From a virus (lineage: Duplodnaviria > Caudoviricetes), in the IMG/VR virus record IMGVR_UViG_3300006802_000103, positions 1 to 62,674 of that record: a stretch of DNA of 62,674 bases, one strand, 5' to 3'. Below the pieces are notes generated by a model. It saw only the letters and a list, made by a program, of their open reading frames with translations, was not told where the DNA came from and searched no databases. Both the position numbers and the translations under genes were made by a program. The first letter of the stretch is position 1. Each line of letters begins with the position of its first letter. This document shows positions 8,487-18,048 of the stretch, piece after piece.

Positions 8487-8695
8487 ACTCAACATACTTG
8501 ACCGTATCCCCCGCCTATGGGCGCGATTACAAGACGAAAAAAGAGGTCCTGGCCGCTTGGGAAGCAGGAAAGGACTTCATCATTCAAGACCTGTTCCGCT
8601 CGGGATATATCAACAAGGATGACGCGCCCAAAGGTGCGACTATCAATATCCGGTACAAGCGGTTGACACAGGTTTGTCCGGTGAAGGTGGTTTAG
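8483..8695 (+). CDS. Conserved small phage protein (PAYGRDY family)
   Basis: LTVSPAYGRDYKTKKEV..AW..GKDF. Confidence 0.7.
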   Translation: MNSTYLTVSPAYGRDYKTKKEVLAAWEAGKDFIIQDLFRSGYINKDDAPKGATINIRYKRLTQVCPVKVV

Positions 8696-8816
8696 TTCCG
8701 TCGATCTTTGCACGCAGCTACTCCGGCTAAGTGCGAGCACCCCGAGCACGAGGTGAGCGCCGGACATGACCCCGTATAACTCGGTAAGCCGGGGGCTAAA
8801 ATTTCAGGAGATCAAA

Positions 8817-8969
8817 ATGGAAACCGACATCAGAGAACAATACCGCGCCCTGATCGAAGAGTCCGAGCGCGTTCGTAAAGAAAACGACCGATTCTGGCGA
8901 AACCTGGGTCTGCGCGGGTTCGTCTTAGCCCTAGCCGCGCTTGCGTGGTTGGAGTGGGTGACAGCTTAG
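8817..8969 (+). CDS. Small membrane-anchored protein
   Basis: AGGAG SD; C-terminal hydrophobic helix. Confidence 0.55.
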   Translation: METDIREQYRALIEESERVRKENDRFWRNLGLRGFVLALAALAWLEWVTA

Positions 8970-9010
8970 GAGACAAATGGACATGACAAATCAAAAGAAA
9001 GAGGCCCGCA

Positions 9011-9262
9011 ATGGCTAGCCATACGCGGGGAATTGATGACACTATGCGCCTTGACGGCATACCGTTCCGCGCAACACCAGGAGCGGAGGAGAGATCGGCT
9101 AAACTTGCGCAAATACGCGCTGCCGCGCCGGAGTTGGCTGAGGCGTTGAGATACCTACTCAGTTTCTATTCGTACCACGACGAGAAGCTACATCACAGTG
9201 GCGACAACCAGCGATGCGGCGTATGCAACGCCCGCGCCGCGTTGCGAAAGGCGGGACTGTGA
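9011..9262 (+). CDS. Hypothetical protein
   Basis: IRAAAPELAEAL..C..C.ARAAL motif common in phage early proteins. Confidence 0.6.
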   Translation: MASHTRGIDDTMRLDGIPFRATPGAEERSAKLAQIRAAAPELAEALRYLLSFYSYHDEKLHHSGDNQRCGVCNARAALRKAGL

Positions 9263-9516
9263 GCATCGAATTCCATCAAACCGTACCCTCCCGCTACAAA
9301 GGCCCGTTCCCGATGATCGCCATTCGGGACCAGTGGGAAACATACTGCACACCGCTCGAAGGCTACGATCCCGAAGAGGTCCTGGAGTATTTCCGCGTGA
9401 CCTATGATTGGAACCCCGACCTGGATCTCACGGCGGAAGAGTTTGAGGCTGTGCGGCGACACGATCCGGTATCTGGCTTCCACATCTACCTGACCGAAGC
9501 CGAACTCGACGACTAA
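9259..9516 (+). CDS. Hypothetical protein
   Basis: GTGA overlap with the previous stop; acidic. Confidence 0.55.
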   Translation: MSIEFHQTVPSRYKGPFPMIAIRDQWETYCTPLEGYDPEEVLEYFRVTYDWNPDLDLTAEEFEAVRRHDPVSGFHIYLTEAELDD

Positions 9517-9537
9517 TTAACCAAAGAAAGGACTGAA

Positions 9538-9798
9538 ATGTATTTCGAATTTGAGTATTACAATGGCGACACCACGGGGTGCATCATCTACCCCGGAGGG
9601 AAGGGGACACCAAAACGAGACTCCCTCGCTACCGGAGTTGCCACCCGACACCCAATGGACAACCCCAACAAACGCAAAGGCCGCAACCTAGCCGCCGCCC
9701 GCGCGATCCGCAACCTGATCCCAGGTGATCGAAAGGATGTTTTACAAGAACGACGGCTGGCGTGGGATGCTTTGAGGGCACAGGGGGTGCGGGTGTGA
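9538..9798 (+). CDS. Hypothetical protein
   Basis: AAGGA SD; G.A..HPMD..NKRKGR.LA..RA motif. Confidence 0.6.
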   Translation: MYFEFEYYNGDTTGCIIYPGGKGTPKRDSLATGVATRHPMDNPNKRKGRNLAAARAIRNLIPGDRKDVLQERRLAWDALRAQGVRV

Positions 9799-10007
9799 AG
9801 AACCTTATCTACTCAAACCCCTGCCCGCACGCCGAGCACCTCACGACGGAGCTTCGCGCTTACGCCAAGTTCGGTCCTGGCGTCCCGGAGAACACGCCCA
9901 TCTTCTTCGAGGGCAAGCAAGTCACCTCGTTCGGAGTGGAGGAGGAGACACTGAGCGACGGGTCGAAAGCCTACAACATCGTCCTTACCGGAGGAAGCCC
10001 GCAGTGA
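9795..10007 (+). CDS. Hypothetical protein
   Basis: GTGA overlap; ETLSDGSKAYNI motif. Confidence 0.55.
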   Translation: MKNLIYSNPCPHAEHLTTELRAYAKFGPGVPENTPIFFEGKQVTSFGVEEETLSDGSKAYNIVLTGGSPQ

Positions 10008-10294
10008 CACTAATAGAAGCCGCTGTTAAAGACGGCCAATTTCGCGGATTATCGGAGGCATTCTCCCAAGTTCGAGTCTTGAAACAAATCAAGAATTTAA
10101 CTCAACTAGGACCAGAATCCTGGGAGAGAATCGGAAACCGCGCGGGGGCGCTGGATACGCCCCCAGTTGCGGGCAACCCTCAATTCATCGCAGTCCCGCG
10201 CGAGTTGGTGATAGCCGCGATAGATGCCTTCGCCGAACTCGGGCATTCAATGGACGCGGGGGAGTTGCAGAACATACTGGAGGAGGCGAGATGA
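10004..10294 (+). CDS. Hypothetical protein
   Basis: Translationally coupled ORF. Confidence 0.55.
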   Translation: MTLIEAAVKDGQFRGLSEAFSQVRVLKQIKNLTQLGPESWERIGNRAGALDTPPVAGNPQFIAVPRELVIAAIDAFAELGHSMDAGELQNILEEAR

Positions 10295-10620
10295 AGTATC
10301 CCCTCGGTCCCTACCCCAACACGGAAATAGCCGTCGCCTCCCACCTGCCCCCGGATGGCCGATGTCTCGCCGTCGCTTTCACCGTCGTCGTCGTCGTCCC
10401 GTTGGCGGGGAAAACGACTGACCCGCTATCGAAAAAAGACGCCCTCGCTGCCCTCGTCAGGTTGAAGAAGGAGGCAGAGCGGAAACTAACCGACCGGACT
10501 TTTGAAATCGCCCAAGGCCAATTCGCCCTCGGAGTTGTAAATCTTCCAACGGGTGAGGAGACGGTGGTTGACATCAAGTTGGAATTACCTGAATATAGAA
10601 CAGGAGAGGAGATTCAGTAA
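10291..10620 (+). CDS. Hypothetical protein
   Basis: GGAGG SD, ATGA overlap. Confidence 0.55.
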   Translation: MKYPLGPYPNTEIAVASHLPPDGRCLAVAFTVVVVVPLAGKTTDPLSKKDALAALVRLKKEAERKLTDRTFEIAQGQFALGVVNLPTGEETVVDIKLELPEYRTGEEIQ

Positions 10621-10850
10621 TGCAAACCAGACACAGTAGCAAAGGCCGCGCCCGCTCACGGAACTCGGATGCCCACTGGAATGAGAGATGGGAGATGTTG
10701 AAGCGAGAGGGCCGGGTCGAAGTAGAGAACCCCGAGTCTTACCCTCCCCCGCCCCTCGCTTCATCCTCCAACTTCCTCTCCCGCGTCTCCTCCGTCTGGT
10801 GGAACGAGGAGGACGTGACCTATCTCACGACTAGGGGAGCGCGTAGGTGA
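10620..10850 (+). CDS. Hypothetical protein
   Basis: Coupled ORF with SD. Confidence 0.5.
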   Translation: MQTRHSSKGRARSRNSDAHWNERWEMLKREGRVEVENPESYPPPPLASSSNFLSRVSSVWWNEEDVTYLTTRGARR

Positions 10851-11908
10851 AGCGAACAAAATACACACCCTTGGGGCGAAATGGCGAGGCACTCAATCGC
10901 GACCTCGCAGCCCGCATCGTAGGTCAGCCCTCCGCACTGAATGCAATAATCCCCTACGTCCAGATGTACCAAGTCGGACTCGCGCCGGAGGGCCGCCCGG
11001 TCGGAGTCTTCATGCTCCTCGGGCCGACAGGTAGCGGCAAGACCCGAACGGTGGAGGCGCTGGCGGAAGTGATCCATGGATCGCCGCGCAATGTCCTCCG
11101 TATCGATTGCGGCGAATTCCAACTCGACCATGAGGTGGCTAAGCTGATCGGTGCGCCACCGGGCTATCTCGGACACCGGGAGACGGTCCCGCTACTCAAC
11201 CAATCCAAACTGACCCAGATAATGAGTGACCGCGCCAATCTCGCCATCGTCCTTTTCGACGAAATCGAGAAAGCCGCGCCCTCCCTGACCCGCCTCCTCC
11301 TCGGTATCCTGGATAAAGGCGTCCTCCGCCTAGGGGATAACACAACCGTCCACTTCGACCGCAGCCTCATCTTTATGACTTCCAATCTAGGAGCAAAGGA
11401 GATGTCCCGCGTCGTTCAGCCCGGTTTCGGCTTCGACGCCCTCACGGCTGGCGAAGGTGCGGATATGTCCGACGAGTCCTTCTCGCGACTGGAAGAGGTC
11501 GCCGTGGCGGCGGTGAAGCGGAAGTTCGCGCCGGAGTTCGTCAACCGCATCGATGCGATGCTGACCTACCGCCCGCTCAACGCAGATTCCACCGATAAGA
11601 TCCTCGATCTCATCCTGGATGACATCGGCAACCACGTCCGCCGACGCCTTGGGGACCGCATGTTCTATATCGAAGTCCCGAAGTCGGTGCGGAAGTTCCT
11701 CATTCAAAAGGGTGTCAGCGCGGAGTATGGAGCGCGCGAACTGCGGCGCACCCTACACCGCCACCTCATGCAACCCCTCGCCGCCATGCTCGCCGATGGT
11801 GAGATCAGGCCCGGGGCGGTAGTAGTAGTGAAACCCCATTCGAGCGGGGAGCGGTTGGAATTTAGAGTGAAAGATGAGAGTTCCGCTTCGGCGAAGGGAG
11901 ATAGGTAA
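10847..11908 (+). CDS. Single-ring Clp ATPase (ClpA/B NBD2 plus D2-small domain only)
   Basis: IVGQ, GPTGSGKT Walker A, RIDCGEF, LIGAPPGYLG pore loop, VLFDEIEKA Walker B, MTSNLG, PEFVNRID, YGARELRR. Confidence 0.9.
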   Translation: MKRTKYTPLGRNGEALNRDLAARIVGQPSALNAIIPYVQMYQVGLAPEGRPVGVFMLLGPTGSGKTRTVEALAEVIHGSPRNVLRIDCGEFQLDHEVAKLIGAPPGYLGHRETVPLLNQSKLTQIMSDRANLAIVLFDEIEKAAPSLTRLLLGILDKGVLRLGDNTTVHFDRSLIFMTSNLGAKEMSRVVQPGFGFDALTAGEGADMSDESFSRLEEVAVAAVKRKFAPEFVNRIDAMLTYRPLNADSTDKILDLILDDIGNHVRRRLGDRMFYIEVPKSVRKFLIQKGVSAEYGARELRRTLHRHLMQPLAAMLADGEIRPGAVVVVKPHSSGERLEFRVKDESSASAKGDR

Positions 11909-11912
11909 ACAG

Positions 11913-12347
11913 ATGTTCATAAAACTAGAAAACGCATTCATCAACACCGCGCAAGTCCTCGTGATCTTCGCCCCCGACGAGCAGCACCCGAACGGAGCGC
12001 TGATGTTCTCCGTCGGCAATGCTGTTGAGTTCGCCCCGGGGGAATACGAAGCCCTTTCGAACTACCTCCTAGCGACCGGCTCCCCCAACCTAGCCACCGT
12101 CGCCCAGGCCGGGGACATCTACAGAGAAGCCGCAGCCCGCGCCCCCATTGACCACGCTCTCCAAACCCAAGCGGCCACACTGCAATTCGACCGCAGTTTC
12201 GCAAAACAAAAGGAAACCACGCAATCGGCGCAGCCGTCTGAAGGAGTGCGGAGGGAGGTTAAACCCAATGTGCAAACGGAATCACCCCTCCCGCCTTCGA
12301 TAACCAACCGTCCGGGTATCTTTCCGGATCAATTTGAGGATCTTTAA
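11913..12347 (+). CDS. Hypothetical protein
   Basis: MFIKL..AFIN..QV start. Confidence 0.6.
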   Translation: MFIKLENAFINTAQVLVIFAPDEQHPNGALMFSVGNAVEFAPGEYEALSNYLLATGSPNLATVAQAGDIYREAAARAPIDHALQTQAATLQFDRSFAKQKETTQSAQPSEGVRREVKPNVQTESPLPPSITNRPGIFPDQFEDL

Positions 12348-12348
12348 C

Positions 12349-12573
12349 ATGACTGATGCACTGCGTAATCAACTACGGAAGGCAAGTGTTCGGCACTCCT
12401 TGGAGACAGAAATCGAAGAAATCATTGCCGAACTCGACCGCTATGAGAAGGCGCTGCGGGAGATCCATGAAGGCGCTTGCAGGACCGCACAAGATAGCCG
12501 TAGTCGAGACGATGATCGGTATTGCTTAGCAAGGGTAATAGAGTGCGCTGAGGAGGCGCTGCGATGCGAGTAG
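12349..12573 (+). CDS. Hypothetical protein
   Basis: RYEKALREI..A.EAL helical motif. Confidence 0.55.
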   Translation: MTDALRNQLRKASVRHSLETEIEEIIAELDRYEKALREIHEGACRTAQDSRSRDDDRYCLARVIECAEEALRCE

Positions 12574-12584
12574 AGGAGGCAACG

Positions 12585-13070
12585 ATGAGAACCACCGCTG
12601 ATCTGAAGCCAGTTGACCTGGACGCGCTGGAAAAGCTGCACGCGGCGTCTACCCAAGGGGAGTGGCGAGTTAACTACTTATCTAATAAGTGGATACTACT
12701 CCCAACCAACACGGAAGGCGACGATAACCGCATCGATAATGCAGAGTTTGTCGCCGCCGCTCACAACGCCCTGCCCGCGCTCATCGCCGAACTCCGCGAA
12801 TTGCGGGAGTTGGTGGGGCGAAAGGTCGTGACAAAGATCATCTGCCGCATTGACGTAGGAAGTCGTCTTGGATGGGGTGTGTTCCGATTTCGCGAAACGA
12901 AACGAGAAGTGCGTATTTACGAGCCTGCTGGCTTGAGCAGTAGTGACCTTGATCCGCTATTGAACTTTTGTATTAACAGCAACGCCGCCGCGCGGAAGTG
13001 GGAGCCGGAGACCGAAAAATGGTGGCGGGACCAGATTAAGAATGGAATCCTACCCCCCCGGCGGGCCTGA
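12585..13070 (+). CDS. Ead/Ea22-like N-terminal domain; C-terminal part probably continues into 13042..13446 by frameshift
   Basis: DLDALEKL..A.T.G.W...NAEFVAAA.NALPALIAEL; ends with ETEKWWRDQ followed by a C7 run. Confidence 0.55.
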   Translation: MRTTADLKPVDLDALEKLHAASTQGEWRVNYLSNKWILLPTNTEGDDNRIDNAEFVAAAHNALPALIAELRELRELVGRKVVTKIICRIDVGSRLGWGVFRFRETKREVRIYEPAGLSSSDLDPLLNFCINSNAAARKWEPETEKWWRDQIKNGILPPRRA

Positions 13071-13446
13071 GGATGAACTCGCTATTCTCTCCGCTTTCCG
13101 CGCGGAGATCGAACACCTGCGGGAGATTACAAAGACCGAAAAAGTTCTCTTCATCGCTTACCCAGCCGGGTTCGAATACTCCTTCCTACAATCAATGCGC
13201 GCCCGCCTTTCCGCCCAGCGGAATGAAAGGTGGGATGACCAATTTACCTTCATGGATCTCCGGACGGCATTTGCGGACTACTCCGGGATACCCGTGGAAG
13301 ACGCCTCGCACGCGAGAGTACCCGACTATATGTGCGGGGGTTTGCGGATTACCCATAATGCACTGGAAGATGCGCTGTGGCAGGCGGCGTTGTGGAAGTA
13401 CTTGACACTATCCTCCGACGAAGCTACCCCGGCCCGACCCCTATGA
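13042..13446 (+). CDS. C-terminal half of a DEDDh 3'-5' exonuclease (DUF5051/RNase AS-like)
   Basis: IAYPAGFE..FL, MDLRT, THNALEDA..QA. N-terminal ExoI motif missing from this frame. Confidence 0.6.
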   Translation: MESYPPGGPEDELAILSAFRAEIEHLREITKTEKVLFIAYPAGFEYSFLQSMRARLSAQRNERWDDQFTFMDLRTAFADYSGIPVEDASHARVPDYMCGGLRITHNALEDALWQAALWKYLTLSSDEATPARPL

Positions 13447-14051
13447 CCGAAAATCTACTACTCACCTCCGACTGGCACCTCGGGCACCACAACATTCGGT
13501 TTCTCTGCGACCGGCCCTGGGATTGGCCGCTGCGACTGGAAGTGAACCACCGCGCGGCTTTCGACTCAAACCCGGAAGCCACCCTCCTCCATCTCGGAGA
13601 CGTACTGTTTGCGAAGTACTGGAGCCGCAGCTTGAAGGAAGTGTGGCCGGGGCGGGTTATTTGTACTCTTGGGAACCATGATCGGAAGAAGGAGCAGTCG
13701 CGGATTGAGGCGGAAGGATGGGGCGCGACTGATTCCCATTCGACGATTGACGGGTTCCGGCGGATACTATTCTGTCACCGACCGCAAGATCTTCGACGGA
13801 AGTTCCTTTCGGACATTGGTGTCTACGGCCACAAACACAATTCACCGCTAACTGAATACGAAGCCGAGCCAGTGCCTCGATCAATCCGCATCTCCCCGGA
13901 ATTCATGGACTACCGACCAATTCACTTGAACGACTTACTGAAAATAGGGGAAACCCCGATCTGGCACGCCGCGTCTCAGAAGTGGTACGGGGCATCAACC
14001 TACCCGGAGAAGTTGCCGGTGAAGGAAATGGGGCCAAATCATCGTGATTGA
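13443..14051 (+). CDS. Calcineurin-like metallophosphoesterase
   Basis: SDWHLGH, HLGD, GNHD, CH.P, YGHKH motifs. Confidence 0.85.
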   Translation: MTENLLLTSDWHLGHHNIRFLCDRPWDWPLRLEVNHRAAFDSNPEATLLHLGDVLFAKYWSRSLKEVWPGRVICTLGNHDRKKEQSRIEAEGWGATDSHSTIDGFRRILFCHRPQDLRRKFLSDIGVYGHKHNSPLTEYEAEPVPRSIRISPEFMDYRPIHLNDLLKIGETPIWHAASQKWYGASTYPEKLPVKEMGPNHRD

Positions 14052-14442
14052 CAAAGAACAAATCGAAACCGACCTCCTCGACCTACCCTGCCTCGTCCTT
14101 CCCCCGGAAGTTGTCCGGGTCATGCGCGAGGAGGGGAGAGTTCCGGGAGTCCACTCCCACCACGAATACCTCATGGAGTACTTATTCGGAACTCCGGCGC
14201 TAAAAGGAAGAAGGAAGAAGATGACACATCAGGAGCTAATTGAATTACAAAGAGACCTCTACCGGCTAGAGCGCGAATCACGCAACCGATCATTCGACGA
14301 GGAGTCCTATCAACCGCATGAACTCCAGCGGTTCGCGGTAGTTGCAGAAACCATCCGCCGCGTATTCCCCCTTGTAGATGAAGCGCAGAGAAAGGCGGGG
14401 AGGCGGGAGGAGCAAGGGGAAGGAAAGCAGAATGCCACTTAA
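14044..14442 (+). CDS. Hypothetical protein
   Basis: Coupled ORF. Confidence 0.5.
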   Translation: MIDKEQIETDLLDLPCLVLPPEVVRVMREEGRVPGVHSHHEYLMEYLFGTPALKGRRKKMTHQELIELQRDLYRLERESRNRSFDEESYQPHELQRFAVVAETIRRVFPLVDEAQRKAGRREEQGEGKQNAT

Positions 14443-15415
14443 CATCAGCTACTACGAAACCGAGGACGGCTATCTCCTCCGTAAGATTGACGGCTACGGA
14501 CAGACCGCGCTTGGCGGCTACCTCCTCAACGGAGGAGAAGCGCAGACGACCTGGGACCCCTCCTGGTGGCGCTTCGTCTGTCCGAAAACCGAAACCCCTG
14601 TCCTCGAAGGTCCGGTCTGGTATGAGAATAAACCTCTGTACTGGGAGCGGCTTGAAGGGACCCCTGCATCCTTCCCGGAGCGACTGGAGTATGAAGAGGG
14701 GAAAACAGCCGCCGACAATCTCTACCGTCTCGTGACGGAGAAAGTTAACCGAGGCCGGAAGGTCCAAGACTGCATCTTCACCCGCCTCGGGGAAATCGTC
14801 TGGGCAAACCTGGAGAAGCCGGAGGAGTTCTCTTTCAAGTTAGCGAAGGAGTCTTCCTGGTCCGGGGATGCGAATGAGCGGTTACTGGAAATCAAAGATA
14901 TCTTCTCCAGCAACATCTGGGCCGAATCCTTTATCCAAGTCGCCGACATCCAGCGCGCAATGACTCCATCCTTCGCGTGGCACCTTGGTCCTTGCACCCT
15001 TCCTTCCAACATCTTCTACCGAGTCGTCCGTGCGTGGGTTAAGGAGAATTTGAATGGGAAGTACGCAACCATCACCTCTGACTATGATTTCGTGTTCGAA
15101 GTGAAAAAGATTCTTCCCTGCAAGCCGCATGAAGTCAAATACACCCGTCCATTCGGGCGAACGAAGAGGGAGCGGAGTAAAGTGTATGTCCAGTTGGAGA
15201 AGGATCGGAAGGTTTCGGTATTTCACATCACACACAAGCAGAAGGTCCACGGCACTGAATACGGAGCGAAGATACTCCCGGACATCACGGGGGAGTCGTT
15301 AAATGACCTTCTCCTGAATATCAAAGCCTACCTCGACGAGACAATGACAATGATAAACGCGCCACTGCAAATCTGCCCGCACTGTGAAGGATCTGGGATT
15401 GCGGAGGAAAAGTGA
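14432..15415 (+). CDS. Conserved phage protein with C-terminal CxxCxGxG
   Basis: ITSDYDFVFEVKK and CPHCEGSG; start moved to MPLNISYY. Confidence 0.65.
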   Translation: MPLNISYYETEDGYLLRKIDGYGQTALGGYLLNGGEAQTTWDPSWWRFVCPKTETPVLEGPVWYENKPLYWERLEGTPASFPERLEYEEGKTAADNLYRLVTEKVNRGRKVQDCIFTRLGEIVWANLEKPEEFSFKLAKESSWSGDANERLLEIKDIFSSNIWAESFIQVADIQRAMTPSFAWHLGPCTLPSNIFYRVVRAWVKENLNGKYATITSDYDFVFEVKKILPCKPHEVKYTRPFGRTKRERSKVYVQLEKDRKVSVFHITHKQKVHGTEYGAKILPDITGESLNDLLLNIKAYLDETMTMINAPLQICPHCEGSGIAEEK

Positions 15416-15639
15416 CTAAATACCGCATGAATAAATACCGAACCATCTACGTCGACGGCACTAAGTTCCGCTGGCGTCTAAGTGGGGAACTAATGCAAAT
15501 CCTTCGCCCTGGAATGAGGCCACCTTACCAGTTTCGCCTCTCACAAATACCTAACGACCCCTTCCTCCAGCCTCGCGCTAAGTCCGACTATGGAGACGAC
15601 CACGCGGCTTGGGTGGTGGGGAATTGTATTTTGGTGTAG
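15412..15639 (+). CDS. Hypothetical protein
   Basis: R.I.VDG.K.RW motif; last gene before the convergent block. Confidence 0.55.
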   Translation: MTKYRMNKYRTIYVDGTKFRWRLSGELMQILRPGMRPPYQFRLSQIPNDPFLQPRAKSDYGDDHAAWVVGNCILV

Positions 15640-16284
15640 TTACAGATCCCGGACGGAGAGAGGCATCCGAATCATATGATGCGCCTCAATCGTAGTTCCT
15701 AAAACCGCCCTCTCCCCCATCTCCTTCAGCCGCCGGAAGAATGAGTAATCCTCCGACAACCCAGGGATGATTTGAAAAGGCTCGCACTGGAACTTAGCGC
15801 GCATCCGGTTAAATACCGATCTGTGAACCAATAGCGCCCCCGCCCCGCACGGCCCGACATCATCAATCCACCTACCAGACTTATCCCAACTCGTAATCGG
15901 CTGCACCTCGCAATTCGGCCCCCACATATTCGCCACCGCTCGATGCTGCATGTTCGGCGACTTATACTGGTAAATCCCCGTAACCACCCCCGCCTGGGTC
16001 TCTTCCGCCAGCAGTAAGAGGCGCTCCAGTAAGTCGGGGCGGAACATATGATCCGTGTCCAGGGATAGAAGCCAATCCCCCTCCATGTGCTCGACCAGCC
16101 AATTCCGCGCCATCTCGTGATACGACATAGGGGCTTTGATGTAGTGGATGAATTCGTCGGGACCGCATAGTCGCCGCTGCGAATAGAGAAGGAGTTCGGA
16201 TAGACTATCAACAAACTCCGCCATGCAGTTATCGGCCCACATTCTCCCAACCGTCAACTTAGCTTTTTGATAACGTAGACTCAC
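15640..16284 (-). CDS. Glycosyltransferase family 2-like (GT-A)
   Basis: ARN, WLLSLDTD (DxD), CGAGALLVHRSVF, SEDYSF. Confidence 0.8.
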   Translation of the reverse strand: MSLRYQKAKLTVGRMWADNCMAEFVDSLSELLLYSQRRLCGPDEFIHYIKAPMSYHEMARNWLVEHMEGDWLLSLDTDHMFRPDLLERLLLLAEETQAGVVTGIYQYKSPNMQHRAVANMWGPNCEVQPITSWDKSGRWIDDVGPCGAGALLVHRSVFNRMRAKFQCEPFQIIPGLSEDYSFFRRLKEMGERAVLGTTIEAHHMIRMPLSVRDL

Positions 16285-16467
16285 CTACCCCACCTCCTTA
16301 TCCCGCCCCAGAAAGACCCATGCCGTTGCTTCGCCCATATCGTAATCAAAATAGCGATTTCCCGCTGCGACTAGCTCAATCTCGCGCGAGGCCCCATCGT
16401 ACTCCATCCGAACCTCCGCACTGGGCGGAAACCGCTTTAACTGCACAATCATTTCCGCGACTGTCAC
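16285..16467 (-). CDS. Small phage protein (MTVAEMI..L..FP type)
   Basis: Common phage N-terminal motif. Confidence 0.6.
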   Translation of the reverse strand: MTVAEMIVQLKRFPPSAEVRMEYDGASREIELVAAGNRYFDYDMGEATAWVFLGRDKEVG

Positions 16468-16691
16468 TTCTTAAAATCCTCCTCCGGATAGTAGAAAGCA
16501 TCCTCCACCAACTGCCCCTCCTCCAGCGGAATCACACACTTCGGATCTTCACCCGCAGCAATCGCAGCGTCCATCGAGGAAAACACTCTCATCACAATGA
16601 AATCCGGATTTCCTTCGCAGTAGGTCTCGCTGCCGACCATGTAGAAAGTAGCCGGGGACGACTTCAACTTCTGCATTTTCTTCTTTTTCAT
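16464..16691 (-). CDS. Hypothetical protein
   Basis: VFSS...A motif; coupled ORF. Confidence 0.55.
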   Translation of the reverse strand: MKKKKMQKLKSSPATFYMVGSETYCEGNPDFIVMRVFSSMDAAIAAGEDPKCVIPLEEGQLVEDAFYYPEEDFKK

Positions 16692-16699
16692 AGACTTTC

Positions 16700-16897
16700 T
16701 TATCCCTCACGATCCGTCTCGCGCCGCCGCAATGATCCCCAGAAATCGGGCCTGTCCGCATTTGGCGACCGGGACAATTCTTCATCCCGCTCCCGATCTC
16801 GAAGGTACTGCGGATAGTCTGGTCGATCTGAGTTCGGTGAACCGCAACCACTCTGGTGTTGGTTCAAGTTTGCTCCGCAATTCGGACAGTAGTTCAT
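16700..16897 (-). CDS. Zinc-ribbon small protein
   Basis: MNYCPNCGA; internal SPN.DRPD duplication. Confidence 0.55.
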   Translation of the reverse strand: MNYCPNCGANLNQHQSGCGSPNSDRPDYPQYLRDRERDEELSRSPNADRPDFWGSLRRRETDREG

Positions 16898-18042
16898 TTC
16901 TTAAGATCCTCCTCTAACCAACCGGACCACTGAGAAACCGTCCTCTCCCAATCAAACTGCTTCAGCGCCCACTCTTGCATCTCGCACCTCCAGTCCTTCC
17001 GCTCCCAGGTATTCTGATCCGCAACCATCTCATCGCAGAGAGCGGATAGCATCGTATGCAACAACACCTGGGACTTCTGGGGGACACCTTGAAACTTCCG
17101 CCCATACTGCACAAACTCCCCCGGTGCCCAGAGATCGTTAGAAACCGGCCACGCGCCCAAAGCCTGCGCCTCCTGGCAGCAGATCATGTTCGTCTCGGGG
17201 AAATCCGTAAAGATGGGACAAACGCCCGCCTGCAACCACTCCTCATAGACCCGCCCCTGATCAATCCTCCCGGTAAACTGAACCCCCTCCTGCTGGAAGA
17301 GAGACTCAAGTTCCCTCGCGTACTCAGCCCTCCAGTCCCGCCCCGCCATCTTCCGGATGATGACTTCCATGTTATCCAAGCCATACGCAACGACAATTTC
17401 CGCATCCGGAACCCGCTCCTTAATCCGGAACCAGTTCTCCAGGATGAGCTTAATCCCCCTGTCGGGGGAAGAAGCGTAGAACATCCTCTTCGGGTTCCGC
17501 TCCTGCGGCTTGATCGCCACACCTGTAACCGGATTCCGGACCTCGCGCCCCGCCACAAGTTCGCGAATCAACTCGGACCTTACCCCGTTGGAGGAAATGT
17601 AAGTCTTCCCCCGCAACGCGGGGTACTTCTCCTGCGTGTACTGCGCGTGCTTCTTACACAGGCAGATATACCTGTCGATCTTCTCAATCCGCTCCGGAGT
17701 CAGCGTCGGATAATCCGTATCCTGCGCGACCAACCACCACTTAGCCCCCTTCGGCTTTCGGGTGTCGAACAGTTCCGGGGACCGGTAGTTGATTAAAACT
17801 TTGTAATCCCGCGCCCGGAAGCCGCCGCCCATTGAATCGTACCAGGGGATCGGGGGTTCGGTATCGTGGAAGTCAATTCCACCCAAGGGAGACCAGGATT
17901 CGATCGCAAATCCCCTCCGGCGCAACCTGACCGCGCACTCAATATGGCTCGTCTCACTCCCACCAATCCCCTTCGTCCAGGGGTTCCGCCAGTCCCAGGT
18001 CTCTAAAGTGGGGGCGGATACAATAGCGACATTGCTGTTCAC
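16894..18042 (-). CDS. Glycosyltransferase, GT-B (family 4-like)
   Basis: GIGGSE, NGV, YASSPDRG, FTGRI, FPET..I...EAQALG. Confidence 0.85.
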   Translation of the reverse strand: MNSNVAIVSAPTLETWDWRNPWTKGIGGSETSHIECAVRLRRRGFAIESWSPLGGIDFHDTEPPIPWYDSMGGGFRARDYKVLINYRSPELFDTRKPKGAKWWLVAQDTDYPTLTPERIEKIDRYICLCKKHAQYTQEKYPALRGKTYISSNGVRSELIRELVAGREVRNPVTGVAIKPQERNPKRMFYASSPDRGIKLILENWFRIKERVPDAEIVVAYGLDNMEVIIRKMAGRDWRAEYARELESLFQQEGVQFTGRIDQGRVYEEWLQAGVCPIFTDFPETNMICCQEAQALGAWPVSNDLWAPGEFVQYGRKFQGVPQKSQVLLHTMLSALCDEMVADQNTWERKDWRCEMQEWALKQFDWERTVSQWSGWLEEDLKK

Positions 18043-18048
18043 GTACCG

